A stretch of DNA of 64,000 nucleotides from Octopus sinensis (GCF_006345805.1 NC_042999.1:116498001-116562000), one strand, 5' to 3'. Counted from the first letter of the stretch, positions 13,891 through 27,541 are shown. Program-made: numbers and translations. Notes: a model not told the origin generated them from the letters alone.

Positions 13891-14197
13891 TGGCACAAGG
13901 CCAACATGTTTGCTATTGCAATGTGAGGGAGTAACATGCTTCCGCCTATTCTGCAGCTTTTATTGATTTATATTACATCAACGCAGCACTAGCATACGAA
14001 GTTAAGAGTAGTTATTATTTTGACAACGTTTTACCCTATGAGTGCGTGCTGAACAATGAAGTAATTACTGAATATAACATGTATTTCATATTTATATTAC
14101 AAAACCGAAATGATCAATATTTGGAATGTCATTAAACTGAAATATGGGGATAGAAATTTTGAATTAATTTCGAAATTTCTTGTAAATACTTGAAATT

Positions 14198-14200
14198 CTA

Positions 14201-14273
<73 letters not shown>

Positions 14274-14518
14274 TATTGTCTTTGCACAGCTTCTAACGCT
14301 GGAGATGTACTGGAGTGTCAGCTGTTCACTACCAGTGAACGAAGGTAACACCTCTTATTTTTCGAGCACCTTCCGGAGTATTCGAGCGGTTCCAAGCAGT
14401 GCTGTTTACAGCAAGTGCTCCACCCTTATTGCAGCCCCTATTTGTTCCACGTACCTCTCGAGATTTTTACTCACTGTTCCCAGGGATCCGACAATTATTG
14501 GTACTATTGCTACCTTTT

Positions 14519-14609
<91 letters not shown>

Positions 14610-14610
14610 T
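14198..14610 (-). mobile_element. Short R4/Dong-like 3' fragment embedded in TAA/TGA microsatellite
   Basis: KKVAIVPIIVGSLGTVSKNLERYVEQIG..TALLGTARILRKVLE. (TTA)n at 14198-14272 and 14521-14610. Confidence 0.85.
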
Positions 14611-15526
14611 TGTATTGACAGAGCAGTGGATGGTAGACGTTTTAGAGTATCAGACAAAAGCAGATTGTGGCATGGACGTAAACTGCTTTTCGTTCTGAGT
14701 TCAAATTTCGCCGAGGTCATCTTTTTCTTTCCTCCTTTCTAGGTCGATAAAATACAATACTAGTAATGTGCCAGTCAATTGTATCTGCTAGTCTCCTCCG
14801 TTAAAATTATTGCCCTTGGTGGTGAGCTTGCAGGATCGTTAGCGCGTCCGACAAAATGCTTAGCGGCATTTCTTCCAGCTCTTTACATTCTGAGTTCAAA
14901 TTCTGCCGAAGTCGACTTTGCTTTTCATCTTTTCGGGTCTACCAGTTGAACACTGTGGTCGAAGTAATCGACTTAATTACTCCTCGGAAATTACTGGCCT
15001 TTAATGTTTCTTGGTGTTATAAATATGTTAAACAGTTTTCAATTGACTTTGTAGCTTTCTTCAATTCTTCTTTAAACTTCTGCTTCACTTTTACCGTTTT
15101 CTGTTTGCATATTCTCCGAGTATCTTTGGTGTCTGTTTAATTTTTGTGGTTGTTGTTCCTTCTTGATTGCTATTTTTGCGAGTAAAACCCTCACCAACGA
15201 AACAAGTTGTTTTTTAGGAGTAGAAAAATATTCAAAAATATGCAAAAATAAGTTCACATGCCACTAGGAAACTACTATACTGATTTTTCCAGTACTTCTT
15301 TTGTTGCTTTTTAAACTAAATTAGCTTGTGTTTACTGGTTAGAGTCAGTGATAAAATGTTTTATCACCGGACGTTTCGTTACCTGCAAACATAAGTTATT
15401 TTAGCGTTTAAATTTAACTTTTACCTCTACTGTTATTTCTTTCAGCCAAAAGTTGTGGACATTCTAGGATACCGCTATTGGTGTGACTATTAGTTTATTT
15501 GATCTTCACAACTCTGTCTGTCTGTA

Positions 15527-15586
<60 letters not shown>

Positions 15587-16432
15587 TCTAGTGAATGAAG
15601 GAACTGGACAACGTCAACCTCGTTTACATTTCTTGCCCTGATGTGAGTTCAGAAAAATTTGTCTATGTTTCTTTTTAATACAATCACCTTTACGGCATGA
15701 AGAACTCTGGGCTTCTATTTTCCTTTTTTTTTTTCTTGCAAACTATTGAAAGCTGTGGGTCGTTGAAATCCCAACCTGCTGCTCTATTGGGTTCCTACTC
15801 TCGTAAAATGAAAATAAAGTGGTAAAATAATGTTCTTTTTGCAGAAGAAGCGTATCGGACAGCAGACCAATTCGACAAAATCTTCAAGAACCAGTTACAG
15901 AATACAGATGTGGGAAACATATCTTGCCTTAGCTATTTATTCTCTCGTTTTATCTTACGATCTTCCTTCCTTTTTAGTATCTATTTTTCTCTAACTTATC
16001 GTCTATTCAGTTTTTATATTTTGTCCATCTGTACTTTGTTTTATCTCTGTACGGCCTTTCCTCGCTCTCGCTCTTTATCTTTCTTTCACACACCTTCACT
16101 ATCAATTTCTATTATTTTCCAAAAAGCAACACATGATCTTTCTGCTTTTCAAGCTACCCATTTTTTTTTACATTGGTCAGTTGCTTTTCTTTTCTTTTTT
16201 TTTTTTCAGCTCCTGGTTTGTATTTTTTAAAAGAATTTTTAAAAGATCGGGAAGAGGTTAATACTATTTATAGGCGCAGGAGTGGTTGTGTGGTAAGTAG
16301 CTTGCTTACCAACCACATGGTTCCGAATTCAGTCCTACTGCGTGGCACCTTGGGCAAGTGTCTTCTGCTATAGCCTTGGGCCGACCAAAGCCTTGTAAGT
16401 GGATTTGGTAGACGGAAACTGAAAAAGCCCGT

Positions 16433-16467
<35 letters not shown>

Positions 16468-16671
16468 TATTGGCGTTTGTTTGTTGTGTCCGCTTATTTA
16501 TACCCCAGCAACGTATGTATGATACAACAAGATTAAACATTACTATTGGAAGTGTAGAAATTGTGATAATATTTGGTTGATTACTGATGAGGGAAGGAGC
16601 ATGTCCGTGTTCAACGCGTTTGCTTTTTTCCTCGTTTTACCGTATGTTCTTTCATCATACTCCTGTTTTAC

Positions 16672-16747
<76 letters not shown>

Positions 16748-17323
16748 ATACACACACATAGGCACAGACACACACATTACAGAGTCCGAGAAAACTAGTG
16801 GTGATCTGCGTCGACGTAAAATAATAAAAAATAGGAATCATTTAGTAAAGGTCGCAAATCTCGTTCGTATGCGATGGGTAGACAAGAATACTAATGTTTC
16901 CACCAAAATACTTATGCTGAAAAAATACTCAAACACGCAAACATACACACGTATAGATAGATATGTACACATGCATACATACATATATATATATATATAT
17001 ATGTATGTATATATTTACATATATACACACACATACAGACATACAGACATATATGTATATATACTCTTCTCTCTTTCCCTCACACACAGACACTCACTCA
17101 CACTCACACGCACACATTCACACACACACACGCATGAAGGTGGGATATCATTGTATCCCAATGGACTTTTGAAAATTTTGATGAAAAGAAAACAGAAAAA
17201 ATAATAAGGCTTTTCAATATCGTTTGTTTGTGTCAGCGAACTATATTTGACCTATAGTCTATGCTGCTTAACCTTTGAAAAGAGCAGGTCGTACTTACTC
17301 ACACACACACATACACACACACA

Positions 17324-17376
<53 letters not shown>

Positions 17377-19043
17377 CACACACATACAAACATACACGCA
17401 CACGCATACACACATAGGCACACATACGCGCACATACATATGTACGCACAAATACGTATACATACATAATGCATTCATACATATATGTGCGTGTGTGTGT
17501 ATGTGTGTGTGTGAGTGTGTGTGTGTGTGTATGTGTGTGTGTGTGTTTGAGTGAGTGAGTATGTGTGTGTGTATATAATCACAGAGAGCATGCAGGTACA
17601 TACACGCATAGAAATGTATTTTTATGCCTCTATGAACGTTTCTTTAAAAAATCTTTTTTACAATGGGTATGAACCAGTTTGTGTATGTGTATTTCGACAT
17701 CAAACATGTTTATATCTAAATAGACATTCACAAACATAAACACACATACCCGCGCACACACACACACATACACACGTATGCATTCATAAAACATGCGTAC
17801 ATACACACATCCATCCATACACATATGTATACATACATGTATGTATGTATGTTATAGTATGTATGTATGTATGTATGTATGTATGTATGTATGTATGTAT
17901 GTATGTGCATATATATACATACACATATATATAGAGGCAGTAGTGCAGGTAAACACAATTAGCCTTGGCATATTTATGTATACACACATATATCTACACA
18001 TATCCAGAGACAAACACACACACTCACACACACACATGTACACACGCATACACACGCACACTCACATATACACACGCGCGCACACACACATACACACACA
18101 CATATATATATTTATATACATGCGCATACATATACAGGTATACTTGTTTGGGACACAAAAATACATAAAATATGAAGAAGCTATGTATGTCTTTACTCGA
18201 CAGCTCTTTCATGAAACTCAGAGTTACGTAATAATCATAATAGCCATAATTTGCATATGAAACATTCAAAAGAGTCATGGGTGTGCAACCTGTAACCAGT
18301 CACGGCTCTCCACAGCAAGAGAAGATTGGCAAAAGCGGTACATATAGTAGATATAGTAGTGGTAGTGAATGTAAACGGTCGAAAGAAGAATAGAAGAAAC
18401 AGTGAGAAGAGGAAAAGATAAATTTAAAGATAGTCTGGTCAAAGCATGAGTCACTGATGGTTACGGTAGGTTACCTAAGCAGACAATAAATCAGTTAGAA
18501 ACGGCAGCTGACTAGACATAGAAACAGAAAGAGATAAGTAATGAAGGAAAGGAATAGGAGTGGAGGTAGCGGAGATAGAAGTATGCTTAGATAAGAAGAA
18601 TATGATACAAAGAGAAAAGGAGAAAGGAAATGGTATTAACATTGCTAAAATATATAAAGGGCTATATCCGCTACTGGGAGAAATCATAAAGACTTTACGT
18701 AATAAGAAATTATGGAAGAAAATTTATGCTTACACGAGAAGATTATGCCAGAAAATCTATTGAGTAACGAAGTCTTATGATGGTGAAGAAAAGCGAGCGA
18801 TTCCCTGAAATAATACTTACAAACACGACGGTTAGTGTTATACAAGGAGGCCTTACTAACTACGGGCCAGGATAAGGTACAGAAAATGTCGTGGGACTTG
18901 ATGTGATGTATATATGTAGTTAGGGAAGTAAAAACTTTAGAGTCTCTATTTGAGAATAATTTCAAGTAGGCTCGGTAACGGTGCTTGAAATTAACTGTGT
19001 CGCCAATGTAGCCCCTAGCCCGGAGGGAACGCAGGGTTATTAC

Positions 19044-19300
19044 CTGGCATTCATGTGCATCTAACGGACATAGTTGAGAGACCCATCAATTACTGGTTTT
19101 CTCATTAGCGATGGGCTTAAAATGAATCCCTTTTCTATGTTGATTCATATGACCAGAGGTGTTATCGTTATTAGTATGGAGCTGCGAAAGGACATCACCG
19201 CAGTCACATGTGTTAGGGTTACAAGTACTAGGGGCGGCGATACAAGCATAGCTATCACTGAAGCGAGCAGGATTCCTGCAGCTCATAGTATTAGTAAATA
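19044..19300 (-). other. Candidate exon (Cys-rich reading), unverified
   Basis: Acceptor CCTTACAG at 19301, donor CAG|GTAATA at 19043, RNY-biased codons, in-frame TGA at 19086-88. Confidence 0.25.
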
Positions 19301-19639
19301 CTGTAAGGTAATCTTTTGTGACTGCATTACATAAATAAAATTCTACCGAAACAGTAGTCGTAAATTTTAACGCCATTTGTATTTATATATAATACTTTAC
19401 ATATGATATCTTCATTTCTATATGCGTATATATGTATTTGCTTGTATGATTGTACTGCCTTTTAAAATGGGAGAACATAAGCCATTGTTTAGACAGAATA
19501 TGAACTCAGAACGTAAAGAGTCGTAAAAAATGTCGCTCAACATTTCTCATATGCGATACATATGTGAGCTTCCTCTAATTAATTTAAGATATCGGTACAA
19601 TACTGCTTTCGTTTTACCCGACGACACGCGCACAGTATG

Positions 19640-20280
19640 GTATAAGAACCCACAGTATGGTAGAAGCCATAGCCACTCATATTAAGGAGGAGTATTGGTG
19701 GAACGTCCCAGTGAAAACCTCAATAAAATGTAAGTACAACACACCTGATATAATGAATTGGGATAAAGAGAAACTGTGTACAGTTGTGGAAATCAGTTGT
19801 CCAGCAGATGTTAACATAAAGCTGAATATCAGTGCAAAAGAGAATGCCTACGCTGAATTATTGAGAAATCTGCAGTTACTTTATCCAGATTACAAGTTCA
19901 GGTTTATACCTGTAATTATTGGAGACCTGGGATATGTAAGAAACTGCCTAAATACCAATCTTGAGAAATTAGGCTTCTCAAAATCAAAATGGAGAAAGCT
20001 AATTCGAAGACTACAGATCCAATCCATCACTAGAACTGTAAAAATCTGTAAAACTTTCCAGAAGTTTATCATTTAAATATACATGAGCATGTCTAGATGT
20101 GCAACTATGTGCATGAGAATACATACATAAAACAAAACATATAAATCTGCACATATACATACATACAAACCAAAATACCCTGTTGTTGATATTGAAATTC
20201 CAATGAAGGAACCTTGGATCTAGGTTAGGAACAGGCTCTTTATCGGCAAGAAATCTTGAAATAAAACTGAATGTCATACA
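19640..20280 (+). mobile_element. REL-endonuclease non-LTR retrotransposon 3' end of a distinct subfamily
   Basis: ORF 19657..20076: YWWNVPVKT..NTPDIMNWDKEKLCTVVEISCPAD..KENAYAEL..FIPVIIGDLG (PD-(D/E)xK pattern), followed by UTR and an ATAC-rich tail. Confidence 0.8.
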
Positions 20281-20623
20281 TACATGCATACACACAGACA
20301 GACAGGCAGACTGACATACGCACGTAGGCACACTTGCCCTAGGTGCCAACGCACTGATACTGAACCAGGAAACATGTGGCTGAGAAGCAAACTTCTTACC
20401 ACACAGCTAGGCCTCTGTGTACATATATGAAATATAATGTGCTGGTGTATCTCAAGTATAAGGCTACGCCGTTCGTAGGAAGATAAAGGAAGATGAGATA
20501 CTTTAACTGAATTAGTTAAGAGAAGTTAAAAGAAATTAGAAGCAATTAAGAACGAGACAAGAAAGGTGAAAAGGTGAGGGTGGGGGTTTTAAGCTTTAAA
20601 GGACATTTTTGGGTGTTATCTTT

Positions 20624-21030
20624 TATGTTTTACTTGATTCATTCATTAGACTGCGGCCATGCTGGGACATTGGATTGAAGGATTTTGGTCGAACGGATCG
20701 ACACCAGTACATTTTTTTAAGGCCCGGTACTTATTCTAACGGTTGTTTTGCCGGACCGCTACCTTACGGGGATGTAAACACATCAGCACTGGTTGTGAAA
20801 TGGTGGTGGTGGTTGTGGTGGGGTACAAACACAGACACAAAGACACAGATACACACACAGACACACACTTACACACACACAAATCTTTCAATTTCTATCA
20901 ACCAAATCCACTCACAAGGCTTTGGTCGGCCCGAGGCTATAGTAGAAGACACTTGCCCAAGGTGCCACACAGTGGGACTGAACCCAGACCCATGTGGTTG
21001 GGAAGCAAACTCCTAGCCATACAGCCACAC
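20624..21030 (-). mobile_element. SINE family A
   Basis: Same sequence family. Confidence 0.85.
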
Positions 21031-21495
21031 CCACACACGAATTTTAGAGATTCTTTCAGATTTTCTAAAAAAAATAATAATAAATAAATGATAAATAAAT
21101 TTTTTCACCTTTTCACATCTTGCTTTTAACTCCTTTTAACTTCTCTTAATTTATTCAATTACAGTATTTCACCCTCCTCCTTTACCTTACTAATCCATTC
21201 CTATTTATAGTGTTATCCTGTTCTCTTACTATTACTATTTATAATATATATATAGAAGGTAAGGTTAGAACCCGTGTATAGGTCGCTACATGTATCAGTA
21301 TGTGTGGGTAGTTGCTTTCGATCTACAGTTGCACATCCGGCTTTGTATTAGCGTGTATCTGCATGTAACAATATAATTCCATTTGTGACAGTGTATGTAT
21401 GTATGTATGTATGTATGTATGTATGTATGTATGGATATCTATCTATCTATCTATCTATCTATATATCATCTATCTATCTGTCTAGCTATCTGTCA

Positions 21496-21596
<101 letters not shown>

Positions 21597-22004
21597 GGTG
21601 TGTGTGTATATATGTAATTAAATTAATTTTATGTGGGATTGTATTTTTGTATATTTGAGTATATATATCAGCGCTTGTGTGTATAGAAATATCTGTAGCT
21701 ATATGTACGTTTTTGTGAACTGGTAATCTGCGGTGAGAGTTTCTCACTGTATGTAAGAAGGTTTCTTTCTGTGTAAATGTGTGTTTTGTGTATGTGTATG
21801 CATGTCAACATCTTTTTGTGCGTGTATGTACGTGAATATCTGTTTACTGGGAACACTGTGAGTTTCAACGTACCCGCGTTTGTATCTGTATATGCGCGCA
21901 TGTATATTTGTCTGTGCATGTGTATATATATACAACTATCTGTCTGTTCTGTGTGCGTCTCTGTGAATGTGCGTGACTTTACATACGTTGTGTGTGTGTG
22001 AGAG

Positions 22005-22058
<54 letters not shown>

Positions 22059-23007
22059 AGCCCTCAGACCGGCGCAACTAGTTGTGAGAAGCGTGTGAAC
22101 TGGCCTAGTGACACACTTTCAGATTTTTACTACTGCTGTCGAGGAAGTGGGGGTGCTGACTGACTGAGTGAGGGATCGAGCTAGTGAGTGAGTGAGCGAG
22201 CGAGTTAGTGAGTGAACGAGTGAGTGAGTGTGTGAGTGAGTGAGAGAGACATAAATGGCCGTACGCTTCTGTATATGTTTGTGTTTGTATATATGTAAAT
22301 ATGTACGTGAGCGTGTGAGTAAAACAATGAGTGACTAAATGTATAGCGTGTGGTGTGATCGTATATTACTGAGTGAGTATATGTGTCACAAATTGGTAAG
22401 TGTTATGTATGTATATGTGTGTTTGTGTGTGTGTGAAAGACTGAATATGAAGGTGTATGTGCAAGTAAACGTGAGTGCGTATCAGCAAATACGTCTGTAT
22501 GTGTGTGACTATATGTAAATGTGTAAATACGCACACACGTATGTGAACGTGGATGTGTGCTTTTTGTGTGAATGACCGTGAATGAGTGTTAAAGTATATA
22601 TACATGAGTGTGTGTGTGTGTCTTTTTGTATGTATGAATCTATGTAAGTATATATGTATGGATGTGTGTGTGTGTGTATGTGTGTGTGTGTGAATAAACG
22701 TGAATAAGTAAAGAGAGAGTATATTAGTAAAGTTTGAGTAAGTTTGTGTGTAGGTGAATAAGTGAGTAAATGAAGATGAGTGAGTGAAGGATGAAAATTA
22801 TGAGTGATCCATTCGAATATATTCTGTGAGTGAATGAGTCTGTGTGTGAATGGGAATAAGTTACTAAGTGTCACAGTGGACGTGAGTGAAGGAAAAGACA
22901 ATAAAGAGAAAACGAGTGAAAGCGAGCGAGAGGTGAGGATAATGAGTCAGCATATAAGTGAGGGGGCGGATATTAGAGTGAAGACATCCAGAGAGAGAGA
23001 GAGAGGG

Positions 23008-23077
23008 GAAGAAGAAGAAGAAGAAGAAGAAGAAGAAGAAGAAGAAGAAGAAGAAGAAGAAGAAGAAGAAGAAGAAG

Positions 23078-23107
<30 letters not shown>
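23008..23107. repeat. Pure (GAA)n tract, ~33 units
   Basis: Seen directly. Confidence 0.97.
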
Positions 23108-23108
<1 letters not shown>

Positions 23109-23632
23109 GAAAGAGCAAAGGATGAACGAGCGGGCAAATAATACTGTGGTGCAGTAAGAACATAATTCTAGCTACTATAGGCTCGGAGTTTGAAGATTTG
23201 GGTAGGTGGGGCTCGTTGATTACATCGATCCCAGTGCTTTCATCGACCCTCGAATGGTATGAAGGGCAAAGTCGACCTCGGCTGAATTTGAACTCGAAAC
23301 GTAAAATCAGAAGAAATGCCTCTAAGTATTTTAGTTCGGCGCGATGGTAGGAGTGAGTGAGTGAGTGAGTGAGTCTATGTGTGAGTGAGTAAACTGTGAG
23401 TTAGTGGGAACAAGTTTCTGGGCAGACAGATAGCGTGAACATGTGGTAACAACACATTTCCTCTCCTCTCCCACCCACGGCACTATTTACTTCTTCCGAC
23501 TATTCTAATCACCGTTCATTTCTGCTCTATTTAATTAGTTAATTGCGTACCATGTCCACCTAGGCCCACACGGCAAGCCTAACATTTGCTTTATCGTCCA
23601 CCCTGTCATGTATTCACAACAGGTTTCGTGGT

Positions 23633-23688
<56 letters not shown>

Positions 23689-24329
23689 TGTCTGTCTGTC
23701 TGTCTGTCTGTGTGTTTATTTGTTTGTGTATTTGTATTTGTATGTGTATGTCTATTTTTATGTGTGAGTATGTGTTAGTCGCAGTTACTGCATGTAAGCC
23801 TGCCATACCCGTGTGGGTCTGTACAGCCACAGCAAACGCTGCACCGCCATTTTCAGCTGACAAAATTCTCTACGAGAAGATCCATGGTCTTTCGAGACCG
23901 ACGAATGTCGTTGAGACGTGTTACAATATCTTATAGGTCAAGTTTTTTGATGAGTAACCTTATTTTCTATGCATCTCCTATGTGTTTCAGTTCAAATTTT
24001 TAAAGTACCTTCGAATCCTTTGAACCACCAGACGAAAAATGTACTTGCATCAGGATCATAACAGAACTCCGTAATGCTGTTTGTAATTGTGTCGATGGAA
24101 ACTGAATATGTGACTTACTTGATCACTGAGCTGTTATTCGCTTACTCAATGTCTTAATCAGTCGCATTTGAGCCACTTCATACTGGGACTGTTGCGGCTT
24201 CAAAAATTTCCTCAATTGTTCGGCAGTCGTCGACGTCTTTTCATACATCTTTTAAAACCTACTTTTACTATTTTGTGAATATCGTTTAATACACACATGC
24301 ACGCACGCATTTATATATAGATATATCTA

Positions 24330-24380
<51 letters not shown>

Positions 24381-24729
24381 ATATATATATATATATATAT
24401 AATAAACCTTTACATAAATAAATAACATGAAATACACGAAGGGACGAACAAAAAGACAAACGGGTCATTCAAAGCCTTCATTCTTCAGTCAGAAACTGAT
24501 CCATCATCGCAGATTTCGGCTGTTTAATTCTGAGATCCGCTCTGAATCAGCCAGCCACAGAAGGAAAGAATGCAACGCAACAGAGACGAACATGAAACGA
24601 AAAATCTTTTTTGGAGACAGTAACGGTTAAAAACATGGATGACACAGGCGCCCTACGGCTTTGAGACAAAAAGAGAGACACAAAAACAATATCATATATG
24701 AAAGAATGGAGTTGAACGACGAATTAACA

Positions 24730-24834
24730 AAATTCCTTTATTTTCGACATATGTTTCGAAGGCTGCATATTCCTAATTGCGAAGGAATAAGGAGTATATT
24801 ATGCCGCTTTCTCATCAGGAAAAGCAAGGAACTT
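24730..24834 (-). ncRNA. Type I hammerhead ribozyme motif, GUC cleavage triplet
   Basis: UUUUC-CUGAUGA-[GAAAGCGGCAUA...UAUGCAGCCUUC]-GAAA-CAUAUG-UC-GAAAA. Stem I extends via UUCCUU/AAGGAA. Confidence 0.85.
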
Positions 24835-24896
24835 ATGTCAACATCAAGATGCACAAAAAGCTTTTAGATGACTGCTCACACGGAGCCCATAAAGTT

Positions 24897-25093
24897 AATC
24901 CAAACATGAAAACACAAAGAGAAAACACAACAACGCGAGGACGTGGAACAAGTATAGTATTATTGGACGTTCAGGAAAGAAGGAGGGTTTAACGTTTCGA
25001 GCGGAGCTCTTCGTCAGAAACATAGGGAAAGGAAAGATCCAAAGAAGGGAAGACGGAGGGAAAAAAATCGCCAAAGGTATACACGCGGTCAAA
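24897..25093 (-). mobile_element. Penelope-like terminal repeat fragment with minimal hammerhead (copy 1 of 3)
   Basis: ~200-bp sequence repeated at 27580-27783 and 37552-37748, carrying CTGACGAAGAGCTCCGCTCGAAACGTT on the minus strand. The PLE assignment is inferred from the ribozyme type. Confidence 0.65.
24987..25021 (-). ncRNA. Minimal hammerhead motif (also at 27675-27709 and 37650-37684)
   Basis: GUUU-CUGA(C/U)GA-A-GAGC-UCC-GCUC-GAAA-CG-UU-AAA(C/U). Confidence 0.6.
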
Positions 25094-25186
25094 TGCATAT
25101 ATATATATATATATGCATATATATATATATGCATACATCAAGTACTAGTCTATCTATCTACCTACCTACCTACGCACACGCACACA

Positions 25187-25243
<57 letters not shown>

Positions 25244-25993
25244 CAAAAGCTTTATTTTTCGTCCATTATTCCATTTATTTTCAATTTGTTCCCTTTACCT
25301 CACTTCCTCTCCTTTCCTTTTGATAAAATGTTAAAGATATATATCTAATTCTCCACGCGTTAAACATATTTCTTTTGTTATTTTTGTTGTCTGTGGTTGT
25401 TTTCATCATTGAAATATTTATGCACAGCATGCTATGTTCTTCATAAATATTCATTCATTAATCATTTCATTACATCGCGGAAAAACGCGCTGTATGAAAA
25501 TTAGTCTAGCCATTGCGTCTAACTGATTGTCTGTGTTTGATTTAAACAGCGATTTGTTACAAATTCCATTCACAGGTAAAACAATGAGTTGGTAGATGTC
25601 GTACGATGATTGGTCAATAAACTGTGAAATATGTCAAAACAAGACCTAAATTATTTTATACGAAAAGCATAGCAGAATATATTTACATCTGTTTAAAATT
25701 TCAGAGTGATGGGTTAAACCTGTAGTTTAAAGTTTAATTGCTCTAAATTTCTGTTACACATTAGGTTGTAGGCGGAGGCATGGCTGTGTGGTTATGGTTC
25801 AATCCGACAACGTGTTACATTCTCTTCTACTATAACTGCGAGCCGACTAATGCCTTATGAGTGAATTTGGTGGACAGAAATTGTGTAGAAGCCAGTCGTA
25901 TACACACACATACACACATACACACACACGCACGCAACAACACACACACACACACACACACACTATATATATATATATATATTACATACATAT

Positions 25994-26047
<54 letters not shown>

Positions 26048-26060
26048 TATACAATCATAC

Positions 26061-26111
<51 letters not shown>

Positions 26112-26369
26112 ATATATATATACTTTACATACACACATACACACAAACACACACACACACATATATATATACATATACATACACACACACACACACATAC
26201 ATACACAACACATAATATATATATATATATATATATACATACATACATACACGCGCACATACCGTCAAAGAATCCAGAAGTCAGAAAAATATGTACTCGT
26301 ATATTTGTCGATAGAGTCGGTATATTAATCGAAGTGTACAGTATTATATAGTCTTTATAGTTGGTCTTA

Positions 26370-26545
26370 CCAATCGGGTTCGCACAAGGGATTCAACAGT
26401 TTGTTAGATAATAACCCGATTATGTAACCCCGCGCTCATTTTTCTGCCATATTTCCTTCCATACCTGCTCACTCTGAAGAGTGCAGTGTTACATAATCAG
26501 GCCGTTATCAACATCTCATTGGAGCCCTTGTGCGAAACAGATTAG
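26370..26545. mobile_element. Decayed foldback MITE (176 bp) with TA target duplication
   Basis: Arms TTCGCACAAGGG/CCCTTGTGCGAA and GATTATGTAAC/GTTACATAATC. TA at 26368-69 and 26546-47. Confidence 0.8.
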
Positions 26546-27391
26546 TAACATCGCGTAACAGATATATCATATATCATATATATATATATATATCTAATAT
26601 ATATATATATGTTAATAAAATAGAACATGCATATTAAAACATATATGTACGTACCTACCTCTACATGTACATATACACGCATATATGTGTACAGGACACC
26701 AAAAAGACGTCGAACACATAGAGAGACGAAACACATAGACACAAACCAAGGACAAGACAAGCAAAAAAGAGAGATAGGACAATAAGCACAACGAAAACAT
26801 CCTTCTTCAGTCGCTAAGGTTTCATCTACTAAACGTTTCGAAGGATAAAAGCGAGAGTATACTTCGAAGAAAACTTCCTTCCTGCGAAAAGCAAATCAAT
26901 TAAAATTCTGAGATCTTTTCGCAGAGGGGTAAAAAAAAAAGCAGACGGTAACGACAGTACAAACATATAAACAGTAAAAATATATATATAAACAGTGTGG
27001 AAAAATAAATATATAACAGTGAGAGACAGGACAAGGAGAACAAGATAAGAAGGGCTGTTAACGCAGACGAAAAAACGTATTGCAAACGCTGGATTATCGT
27101 GGACGACGAGAGAGAGAAATGTGTCGACCAGTAGCTTAGAAGGCGGGCGAGAAAAGACAGGATAGCAGTACGACGGAAGTATCGTCGCAGATGGACGACG
27201 GGATGTATATACAAAATAAGAAAATGAGGAATAGATTTCTTTTAATCATCAACTACTAGATAATACCAATTCATATAGTTTATTAACTAATTATTTAGGA
27301 ACATCCAGATGAAACAGAATAATACAGAATAAAATAGTACACATCAATAAGTAAGGTAATACCATAAGAACAATACATATAAATATAAAAT

Positions 27392-27528
27392 GGGTCTTAC
27401 AGCTGTTTCAGCCTGTAGATAAGAGTATCTCATTATGCTCATATTAGTCAGATGTATTGAGGTAATATGCAGTTAAAAATGAGTTACTTATATCTATATC
27501 TCAAGGCCTCGTCAGAGATTATAAACCC
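27392..27528 (-). ncRNA. Type I hammerhead motif with long stem II, GUA triplet
   Basis: UCU-CUGACGA-GGCCU...AGGCU-GAAA-CAGCUG-UA-AGA, with GGG/CCC pairing beyond a bulge. Confidence 0.75.
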
Positions 27529-27541
27529 CTATCTCACTTTC

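Noticed and set aside
26474-26547. Hammerhead-like CTGAAGA...GCGAAAC...GTA
   Set aside because: Stem I does not form, and the segment is explained by the arm of the TA-flanked foldback MITE.
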